A stretch of DNA of 64,000 bases, from positions 806,001 through 870,000 of the forward strand of contig ML978130.1 of NCBI GenBank assembly GCA_010015805.1, written 5' to 3'. Made by a program: the position numbers and the translations under genes. The DNA comes from Rhizodiscina lignyota (taxonomy: Eukaryota). The notes below the pieces were generated by a model. It made no database searches, was not told where the DNA came from, and saw only the letters and a program-made list of their open reading frames with translations. Positions 34,559-44,762 of this stretch are shown here, in pieces; positions within the stretch are counted from its first letter, which is position 1, and each line of letters starts with the position of its first letter.

Positions 34559-35752
34559 ATGGCTGGGATGAATGGCGAGTTACGCCGGCATCCAGTGTGC
34601 ACGAAAAGAATAACTCTGAATAACGGTAAGGTGAGAACGATAACCGCCAAAGATGCAGCTCATTGACGTGCGACATAAGGTCTGGAAATTCCACTGGTTG
34701 GGCTTGGTACGTGGCAAGGTGCGTCTACTATCTCAATCCAGTAATCGGAGAGCAAGCCCCTGAATATCACGTTATTAGGCCAATTCGGAGCCGCTGGAGA
34801 AGACGAAAAGCTCAAGTCATCAATAATTCATGCCATCAAATCCGGCTACCGCTTGATTGACACCGCGCAATACTACGGCGTTGAAAGCGTCGTCGGTGAG
34901 GCAGTGCGGGAGTGCGGCATCCCGCGTTCAGATATCACAGTTGTCACCAAGTTCTGGCCTTCTCGCGGGCACGAGCCAGAGAAGGCGCTCGAGGAGTCAC
35001 TACGAGACATGAAGCTCGACTACATAGATGTACTGCTACAGCACTGGCCGGCTACTATGACACCGGATGAAAAGCCCTTGCCATATCCCGGAAAACCAAC
35101 ATTCATCGAAGTCTACAAGAGCATGGAAAAGCTCGTTGGCCCGAAGCTGAGAGCGATAGGCGTTAGCAACTACACACAGAAGTTGTTGACATCTTTGCTT
35201 CAGGAAGTTTCGATCGTGCCTGCAATTAACCAGGTGGAGCTGCACGCGCTAAATCCGAATTTGAAGCTCGTTCCGTTCTGTCAGAGTAGAGGTATCCAGG
35301 CCATGTCGTGGAGGTAGGCCTATCAGGACTTAATAGTCTAACACGCACTTTGAGATACGAACTTTGTATATTAACTTCGCAATAGCACCATGGGAAGCGA
35401 GCGACTACCCGGAGAAGAGAATCAGATTCTACACAACCCATTATTCACGCAGATTGCAAAGAACCACGACTGTTCCGCGGCAGTGGTATCTCTTTCATGG
35501 GCTGTGCAGCGAAATATCATCGTCATCCCGAAGAGCAGCTCGGTCAAGCGTATCGAAGAAAATATCAGGCTCGTAACGCTCTCCGACGAAGAAATGCAAA
35601 CTATCAATCAAGCCCACGAGAAGATATTCAAGTTGCGACTCTCAAACACGATCCCAGGGATGCAGTACAAGCTCAATGGGAAGGATACAATCCTCGGATG
35701 GTCGTATCAAGATTTCGGCTGGGAAGATGAACATGGTAATTGGCTACTGTAA
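34559..35752 (+). CDS. Aldo-keto reductase, 4 exons
   Basis: GLGTWQ, IDTAQYY, VTKFW, LQHWP (D/Y/K/H tetrad), IGVSNY, NQVELH, IPKS. Confidence 0.92.
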
Positions 35753-35999
35753 TCGTCATGAGATCAGACGCGGACTGTAACGGGTATCTCAATAGAAGCT
35801 ATGTGGTATATTTATGCAACAGCGCGTGTAGAAGAGCGATCCACTAGAAACATTTTCGTTGAGCCCGCAGCAGACATTTAGCTGTTGGTACAGTATAACG
35901 TATCATATTCTGACACTCATTACTCAGCACTCAACTGGCAATAGTTTTAAAAGCAAAATCACAATCAGCGGCCAATGTGATGCTGCTGATCGTGGTGCA

Positions 36000-38326
36000 T
36001 CATTGCAAAAGCCCAACAGAATCGGTTGCTCCGAAATACGGTGGCATGACGAAATCAGGCGGCGTTTGAAAGGCACTCCCATCATCGAAGAACGTAGATA
36101 GCATCGGGTGCGTCGACCAAGACATCTCGTATCCGGCGACAGCGTTGGGATCTAACAAGCTGACGGCCGTCGGATGCTCCAGTGCGTGGAAGGAGTTCAT
36201 TGTAATATCCACTTCCGAGTCCAATGATGACTCCTGGTTGAGATTGCTAACCAGATTGTCGAAAAGCTTCATGATCCAAGGTGCAGGATCCCATGCCTGA
36301 ATGTTTGTTAGCACTTGACTTGGCCAAGGGAATTGATTAGCCTCACCTCTCTTATATCAGCCCAAGCCATCTGGCAGCTCACGAGTGCGGTCCGACCGAG
36401 CTGAGCCATGAGAGTTTGCGGACTCTTCATCTGCGTGTAAAAAACCACCTGAGCGAGGAAGATGCCCTGAAATGTCTCGTGTGGCATTATAAGCGGATTG
36501 GCCTTCGTGATTATCGTACAAGCTAGAGATGATATTCGCTGGGCTGCGATCTCCGGTATGTGTTGATCTGATTTACTCACGACAGAGCCAGTCTCGCTTG
36601 TCCCGATGTTCGAGTTCAAGTCTACGCGGCCCAAATGTGCAAGAATGAGGTGGTGATTATACTGAATTGACAACGACGAAGAGAAGACGCTGAGATTTAC
36701 AGCGTTGTCCGAAAAGCTCAGCTCCATGGGCAAGGACTTACGCCATGACTGCAGTCGTTCGTCGAGATTTGAGATGGTCGAAGCTTTTACGTGGGGCCTG
36801 TCTATACAAAAGCGAAACGAAACAATCTCTCGTAGGATAATGGCGAGCTCTGAAATCGCAATCTGGTAGAGGCCATAAGTGTTTCTCAACGGATGTTTTG
36901 CAAAATCTGGATCCCGCATGTCGTATTCAAAGTCCTCCATGGTCAGCATCTCTGTATCGGAATGTGTCATATCAATGCGGAATGGCCGACCGACGAGCGT
37001 CCCACATGATGCGTCCCGTACAACGAGAACCCACCAGAGACGTTTGAGGAGACTGCGGTCTTGAGGATTCATGTTCGTTCCAGCCATCGACCGGTGTATT
37101 CCCATGGCTTCTGCAATGGTCACGCCAGTCCCAATCCAGCTGTAGAAGTTCCAGTAGTTATTCGGCCCGCCTCCCCACATAGTCATGAGAATGACGCTTT
37201 GCAGGATTGTGATCTTATTAGCCTCGTAACCCATATCAAACAATGCTTTCGCTTTCCTGTAGAAAGAGAATCGCGCTTGCTTGCGCCCTGCGAATCCCGC
37301 GCGATGGAGAATAGCGAGTGGGCAGAACGTTGCTGAAGCAAAACAAAGAGCGTGGAGCAGAATCCAAGCAATCTTTTTCGCTTTATATTGCTGCATGAAT
37401 TCCTGCCTGTTCACGATTGGATAAAGCGGGTAGACTCTATCCATAAAGGACCCAATCAATGCATCCAAGATTTCTTGCGAGGGATGGTCAAATGCCTCCT
37501 TTGCATTCAGGAAGGCAATATCTTCTGGAAGCATATGTCCAGGGTGCAGGGTCTCTGAGGGCTTTTCAATCTGCATGACCTGAGACTCTAGCAACGGTGG
37601 CCCCGGATGATGCAGTCTGAGTTTGCCATTCTCCTTGAAGTCTTCCATCACCATTGAGAGGGGAAAAGATTCTCCAAGATATGTGATGGAGCATTTGTCA
37701 ATCATGTTCTTCTTGTCCCGGCGACTCTCCAAGAAATGGTCCAGCATCGCCGCCCAGGAAATCTCGCGATATGAAGTCGCGCTTGAGTCGGAGAGGCCAG
37801 ATTCAGGGGAGGTGCCATCGATGCCGGTCGGAACGGAGGAAACTGTTGTCGCAGGCGTCTCATGGGAAATAGGCGCAGTTGATGGGTGGTCTCTTTCCTC
37901 ATGCACAGTGGGCGCTGGAGGCGGCGGTGGCGGTTGGTTGTCCGTTTCGCTCAACGATGTACTTGATCGTCGAAGCTGATGGCTGGCATGATCGACTCCT
38001 GCGTACCGGCTAGAGCTTGGCGAATCTGGCGTATGTCCTGATGGGCCATCTCTTCCGTCATTCGATGCTGGAACAACATTGATTGTGGCTGCTTCCGCGT
38101 CTATTTGAGTGGTATGGTCCTTTCGGGGATGATCGAACTTCGCCTTCTTCCGTGCATATGTGCCTCTTCTTGATTGAATAAGCACACAGTCACTAGGACG
38201 AACATCGCTTGCTTTGCATCGGGAGCAGGGTGTCCCTTTTTCCAGCGCGTCGCATTTGACCCGCCGCTGATTGCAGCGTTTGCATGCCTTTGCGGCCCTT
38301 AGCCTCACGGGACCTTCGACGGCCAT
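36000..38326 (-). CDS. Zn(II)2Cys6 transcription factor with Fungal_trans domain (Ctf1/Far/AmdR-like), 2 exons
   Basis: ACKRCNQRRVKCD...PCSRC...DC binuclear cluster; VYPLYPIV, AEAMGIHR, KRLWWVLVVRD. Confidence 0.93.
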
Positions 38327-38740
38327 GGCGGATGGAATTGAATCGCGTGTGATCGTTGTAGGCGTTTCAATCGAATATCAGCAACAGCCGAAGGAGAAAA
38401 GGCGACATAGCTGCCGACTGCTGACAGACGATATATTTTCACGTTGCGGTTAAGGTTGCGGGGTGGCGTTTCCGACCGTTCGTCAACGAGTCATTTCCCC
38501 CGCAACACATGACCCTCAATGGCATGAGAAAGACGGTCCGATTTGATAGTGCCATTCCTTTGGTCGCACCAGCGCTAGCAATGGCAAATAGCCGCTCTCA
38601 AGCGTTGCACCGCAAGTGAGATATCTAAGCTTGAGACGAAGTATGTCCGCAGGTAGACTTCTACTGCCATTTCTTCAAAGGGCCTCGAACATTGGAGAGT
38701 GTGACCAATTTCCCAAGCATAGAATTTGCCTCGTCGAAGC

Positions 38741-39944
38741 ATGTCGGCCACAACAGCTTCCACAGGGACCATCCAGGCCCTCCGCCTCCATGCTAAGAAG
38801 GACATCCGCGTTGATCAAATAGCATCTCTGTAGGCATTCCTATCCCTGCATAGCAATCGCCACGCCAGCACTCACATATTTCAGACCCTGCAATTCTGAT
38901 GAAGTGAGAGTTCAAATTGCATACTGTGGTGTATGCGGCTCAGACTTGCACGAATATCTATCAGATCCAATCTTCACGCCAGCACCGGGGACAAAGAACA
39001 AATGGACAGGCGTCGAGCTTCCCATTCCGCTCGGTCACGAGATGTCCGGCACTGTCACAGAGGTTGGCAACGATGTCAGTGGAGTCCAAGTCGGCCAAAA
39101 GGTAGCAATCAATCCAGCTCTTGATGACAGACACTACGGCGCAGAGCTCTGCTCCTCATGCAAGACTGGCAAGATCAACATCTGCAAACGCTTTGCAACT
39201 TACGGCTTGAGCGCTCCAAGCGGCGGATTCTCAACAGAAGTTGTTGTAAAGCGATACAACATCCTTCCACTCCCAGACAACGTGCCGCTGAAAGTAGGTG
39301 CGCTTGCGGAACCTTTGGCGGTTGCTTGGCATGCAATCCGATTATCTGGGTTCCAGAAGGGCCAAAATGCGCTGGTTCTTGGTGCTGGGCCTATCGGACT
39401 TGCTATTCTATTGCTCTTACGAGTTTGGGAAGCTGGTAAGGTCATTGTGACGGAAGTCACAGATGCACGCAAAGCACAGGCCGCGAAATTCGGGGCAGAC
39501 TTGGTCGTCAATCCCCTCCAGAAGATCCTGGATGGTGCAGAAGGCGACGAACTTGACCCGGTCATCAACGCCGTCCGAAGCTCCACTGAAGATGGTGTAG
39601 ACGTTGCCTTCGATGCGACTGGCTTACAGTCGACTCTCGACACAGCACTGAAGGCAACGAGACCAGGAGGAACAATTTTCAATGTGGCAATCCATGAGAA
39701 GCCATTGCAACTCAATTTGAACGACATTGCATGCTTCGAAAAGAAACTCTTAGGAGGAATATGTTACACTTACGAGGACTTCGAGGCCGTCATCAAAGCG
39801 ATGAGCTCTGGGAAGATTCCGTTCGAGCAGATGATCACAGCCGTCGTTCCCTTGAGCAATGCTGTAGATGGTGGATTCGAAGAGCTCGTGCGTAATAAGG
39901 CGAAACACGTGAAGATATTGATTCAGCCAGATCCAGCTTCTTGA
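38741..39944 (+). CDS. Zinc-dependent MDR, (R,R)-2,3-butanediol dehydrogenase-like, 2 exons
   Basis: YCGVCGSDLHEY, LGHEMSG, ALAEPLAVAWHA, GAGPIG, HVKILI. Confidence 0.88.
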
Positions 39945-40661
39945 TAGCGTTCTGCCATGTAAATATTCGTACCTTCACAGCACGTATTATTAACATTGAC
40001 TTTGTTCCAAGTCCTGTCGGTCATATTGTATGAAAAACAGCGTCGGCTTACAGAAGATGCCAATTTACATCGAGACCTGTTCTGAGCACCAGCGACGCTC
40101 GCCTCGATGTCTCTGTTACTCTCCCAGGCACGTAATTGAAAGGCGAAGGCAACGGGAAAGGCTTCCGCTGAAAGGGCAAGGGCGTCGCGTCGTCCGTTTC
40201 TGTCCTAGCGTGCTGCTGCATACAGCCGTCAGGAGGTTTGCATATTGCCGTTTCCCCGCCTTTCTCTCTTAGACATAACCGCACCGGCTATCCTAGCGGT
40301 CACGATTTTAATCGCACCGGACCATGGTTTTCGGAGTACAGTTCCGACCCTTTCGCGAATCGCATCCCGATGGTGGCGTCGACGAGGGAGCAAGAATAGT
40401 CGTCGCAAAATCGCTGGCTCAGCATGGAACTCGCGTACGTTCAGCAAGACGAGTTCAACTCTAGAGGGTCGATCATAGTTGAGACAGATGAAATCGCTTC
40501 GCAAGTTGGGGCCAATGATCACAATAAAGATAAATGCGGTACATCATTCACTCCCATTTGCTCACTGGTTTCTTTTACTCCATTGGTATCACAATGTTAA
40601 TGCATGCATCCATTCGCTTTTCAACACCAGTACTTTGAGGCGACGAGCCATGATTGATACA

Positions 40662-41777
40662 TTAATCTGACGTTATTATGCATTTCACCAAATCCGCCGG
40701 CTTCGCTAATACCAACTTCAACGCGTCTGCTGCCTTCTCCAGGTCATACGTATGCGTGACGAGCTGCTTCAAGTCCAATCTACCCGATTTTACCATTTCG
40801 ATGGCCGTGTCAAAGGTATTCGTGTATCTCCATAGTCCCAATAGGTCGATCTCTCGTACTCCAGCGCCTCCAATGTTGATATTTTGCACTGGTGTACCTA
40901 GTCCGACCAGTACCACCTTTCCTCCGGATGCGCAGACCTCGATGCAGGTGTTGACGCACGTGTCAATGCCGGTACAATCGAAAACCACATTTGCTCGATC
41001 AAATCCTGGATGTTGTAGTATCTCTTGTCCTATGCGAGCCGCAAAGTCAGGTTTGGACTCTCCTTCCTGTCCTTTCAATGGCATAGTGAAAATGTGGTCC
41101 GCCATCCCTTTCTTTTTGGCAAATTCAAGCCTTGACTGGTCAATATCAATCATTCCGATCTTCGAGGCGCCCGAAAACTTGGCTATGCTCGCACATAGCA
41201 AGCCAACTGCACCAGCACCGACAATAATTACCGACTGGCCAGCTCTTAACCCACTCCTTCGGATCGCATGTATCGCAACACTGGTTGGCTCGATCATCGC
41301 ACCCTCGATATACGACATATCCTCCGGCATCAGGTACACAGAATCCGCTGGTCGATTATAGATTTGTTGTAAACTGCCCCCGATGGGCGGAAATATGCTC
41401 GCGGACCCGATAAACTTCAACTTCGTACATAAATTATACGTTCCCTCTTTGCAGTGATTGCATTTCCGACACGCAACCTGTGGCTCCACGACTACTCTAT
41501 CGCCGACTTTGATACTCGTCACATCGGAGCCGACAGCAACCACGTCGCCGCAGGCTTCATGTCCAAGTATGAGCGGGTGGCCAGAGAGAATAGGATATGG
41601 TCCATTTTTGCCGTTTTGGTAGTAGTGCATATCTGAGCCACAAATACCTGATGCACGCGGGCGGATTTGGACTTCATCAGGTGCAGGTAAAGCTGTAGGG
41701 ACATCCTCAAGGCGGAGATCCTGTGCACTGTAGAGAAGCGCCGCTCTGTGGGTCTTGGAGGAACCGTTGGCCGCCAT
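40662..41777 (-). CDS. Zinc-dependent MDR polyol dehydrogenase (sorbitol/xylitol/L-arabinitol dehydrogenase family), intronless
   Basis: GICGSDMHYY, LGHEACG, structural-Zn CRKCNHC...NLC, GAGAVG, IDID (NAD preference), WRYTNTF. Confidence 0.9.
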   Translation of the reverse strand: MAANGSSKTHRAALLYSAQDLRLEDVPTALPAPDEVQIRPRASGICGSDMHYYQNGKNGPYPILSGHPLILGHEACGDVVAVGSDVTSIKVGDRVVVEPQVACRKCNHCKEGTYNLCTKLKFIGSASIFPPIGGSLQQIYNRPADSVYLMPEDMSYIEGAMIEPTSVAIHAIRRSGLRAGQSVIIVGAGAVGLLCASIAKFSGASKIGMIDIDQSRLEFAKKKGMADHIFTMPLKGQEGESKPDFAARIGQEILQHPGFDRANVVFDCTGIDTCVNTCIEVCASGGKVVLVGLGTPVQNINIGGAGVREIDLLGLWRYTNTFDTAIEMVKSGRLDLKQLVTHTYDLEKAADALKLVLAKPADLVKCIITSD

Positions 41778-42304
41778 TGTCAAGGACAATATTTAAACTA
41801 GCAGATAATAGAAATTCTGTTGGATAAAGAAGAGAGATCTGAGAGATTTAAAACTTCGTATAATCGAGGTCTTGAAGAAAGTGCTGCACTAAGAACAACG
41901 TCGGCGGAAACGGGATTGCTCCACAGGCGCGTCAAAACGTAGACGAAGAGAAAATAGCACGTTCCGCAAGTCGGCGAACCCGGCAAATGCTAGAATACTG
42001 CTTTCTCGGGATCTTCGCGAATTATCGCATTTGCAAACTATTAGAATCTGGAGACGCGAACTCACGTGTCGAAGCGGCGGAGTAGATATAGCCGTTTGAA
42101 GGTTGTGTTCGTCACCAATGGGGAACAAAATTCCGAATGCCTCGGAGCCCACGTGTAACTGGCCTTCGGCACTTGCTGACAAGATCTCTTGGCTGCATAG
42201 CTAAGAGATGTATCTCAAAAGCAAAGACGAGTAAACTGAGTGCTAACTTTCTCATTAATTATAGGCAATGTCATGTCTATCACGTGTCTCTACTTAGAAC
42301 CAGC

Positions 42305-44067
42305 TCATGATGCGATCGCAGACCCAAAGTGACGAAGATGCTCGATGAGAGGCTTCAGCGTGCCAGCCTGACGCAGAACAAATACTTCTCCCAAGATACC
42401 CAGAGTGAGCGTTCCTGCTGCATATTTCCATGCCGGGTGCATTGGGTGCTTGCCCTTGCCACCAGAGGTGTTGAAGTCCTTCCAGACCGGCCAGTAGAGT
42501 TGCCACCTTTTTGGCGTTAGCATCTTGAAATTGTTGCATTTGATAGGGAGTGACTTACCAGAATAACCATGTGTTATCTGGAGAGTTTGTCGTGTTGCGT
42601 CCGCTTTCATCCAAGTTCCAGTTGCTGCAACCCGCACTCCACACCATATCCTTGAGGCGCGACTGCACGTCATTCGCATAACGAGTCTCGGCCGCCTCTT
42701 TGACATCAATCACCTTGAAGTCATTCTTCAGGATTGGCTTGATCATCGCCTTGATGATGTATTCTACCTGCACTTCGTGTGTGTAAATCACAGAGTTGTC
42801 TGTGAACTGTCAGATTAAACCCGTATTCAGCCAGAGAAGTGGAATACTTACGTGCTGGGAAAGCATTGGGGCCAAAGACGATTCCAAAGTTGGGGAAACC
42901 AGTAACGAATGTCGCGTTGTAAGCTTGAGCTCCTCTGGTGTTCTTCCAGTGCTCGTTGATCGTGATGCCACCCTTGCCCTTGACGACTATCGGGCACAAA
43001 AAGTCCTGGATCTTGAAGCCTGTACTGAGGACAATAGCATCGACATCGATCTCGCGCTTGTTGGTCTTGATACCCGTCTCGGTAAAGCATTGAATCGGCT
43101 CTGTGGTCAGCTCAATGTTGGGGCTGTGGAGACACTCAAGGTAGCCAGGGTCAAAGAGGCGTCGTTTGCAGCCAAGCGGAAACTTCGGGATGAGTATGTC
43201 GTGATACTTCTCCGGCGCTGTCGTTTTCATGTACCAGATGGCGTGCTCGGTAACTTCTCCGCGGTCCCGGACAGACCTTGCACTTTCGGAGGAGTAGAGG
43301 TGGTGGAGCGCATCGGTGTTCTTCCAAAGGTAAAACCGGTAGATCCTATTCCACAGAGGGACATATCTGAAGCACCACTTTTGAAAGGCACTAAACTCGC
43401 TGTTTGGCCGCTCATGAATCCACTGTGGACTCCTTTGGAACTGATAGACCTGCTTCGCTTGCTTCACGATTTCGGGGACCAGTTGAGCTGCTGAACAGCC
43501 ATTCCCAACAACAGCAATGCGCTTGTCTTTCAGGTTGTAGTTGTGGTTCCATCTAGCAGAATGCCAAATTTCTCCCTTGAAGTCTTTCCAGCCCGGAATA
43601 TCGCAGTCTTTGGGTATTGAAATCGTGCCGACGCAAGAGACAAGCATCTCCGCCTCTTTGAAGTACTTGTGTCCGGTCTCAAGGTCATGGAGACCTACAC
43701 GCCACACGCCCTTACCTTCGACCCATGTGGCATCGACAACTTCAGTACCCAGTCGCACATGGGATCGGATACCAAATTTGTCGACGGTGCCATTCAGGTA
43801 CTTGAGAATCTCAGCTTGCTCCGCGAACCGTTTTGACCAATCAGGGTTGAGATTGAAGGAAAAGGAATACAGATGCGAATCAACATCGCACCCAACGCCT
43901 GGATACGTATTAAGGTACCACGTTCCTCCCAATGACTTCTCTCGTTCGTAAATCGTGAAGTTATGGTATCCAACACGTGTCTTGAGGTTCGCTGCAAGTG
44001 CAATGCCCCCGACGCCACAGCCAATGACTATGAGACGGGGTTCGTCGCGCGTGGGAGGAGGCGCCAT
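42305..44067 (-). CDS. Baeyer-Villiger (class B flavoprotein) monooxygenase, 3 exons
   Basis: GCGVGG, GGTWYLNTYPGVGCD, fingerprint FKGEIWHSARW, GNGCSA, LGCKR, STGF. Confidence 0.9.
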
Positions 44068-44762
44068 GGCGAATGTTTACAGCAACTGGGTAATGTCGAT
44101 TCCGTCCGCTTGGACGGGCGAAGAGGTTCCGTAACTTCGCAGCAGAGAGAGCCCTTTCAGAACAGGAGAAGCGAACGGGGAAATGAAATGCACACGACAA
44201 GCACAACTCAGAATTCAACTGAACAGCGAGGACGCGAAAAATATGTCCCGTCGCGGTACCTACCTGCTCACGCTACTAACACGCGCATCTTGCCACGAGC
44301 GGAATTAACATAGGCTGTTGTATCGCGCAAATGCGGTTATATGTATATCTGAAGAACAAACGCGCCCCCACGCGCTGGAACAATTCTCCGAGCAGCATGG
44401 AGGGTCAGGGAGCGTTAAGTCCCGTACTTACACGATTTCGGTTTTGTTCTCGATCTCCAAGAACCAGATGCCGGACAATCAGGTGGCTATGTTGCGGTGT
44501 GGACGGGTTTGTACGGCGTACATTCCCGGCATCGGTAAACCGACGCTTGATATATGGCGACGATGAAAAGCACGCGTAAAGTATTGTCCATCTCGAGTCT
44601 GCTGTGTACTACGCTCTTTCGTGCCTGCTGATCGCACCTTCCTCTCCGTCTTGTGAGGTTAAAGCACATATAACTAATTTCTGTCGAGCCTACACTTGCT
44701 CTTCTTCTTATTCTCACATCACGACACTACTAGAAAGAGAGACTGATCGTCACATATCAAGC

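Noticed and set aside
40678..41361. Long antisense ORFs (e.g. 40678-41361, 42796-43494, 8966-9619, 39200-39727)
   Set aside because: Shadow frames of well-supported genes on the opposite strand, with no motifs
27658..44544. Recurrent CCGAC/GTCGG in cluster promoters as a Zn2Cys6 site
   Set aside because: A 5-mer is expected about every 500 bp on two strands; observed frequency is not clearly above chance
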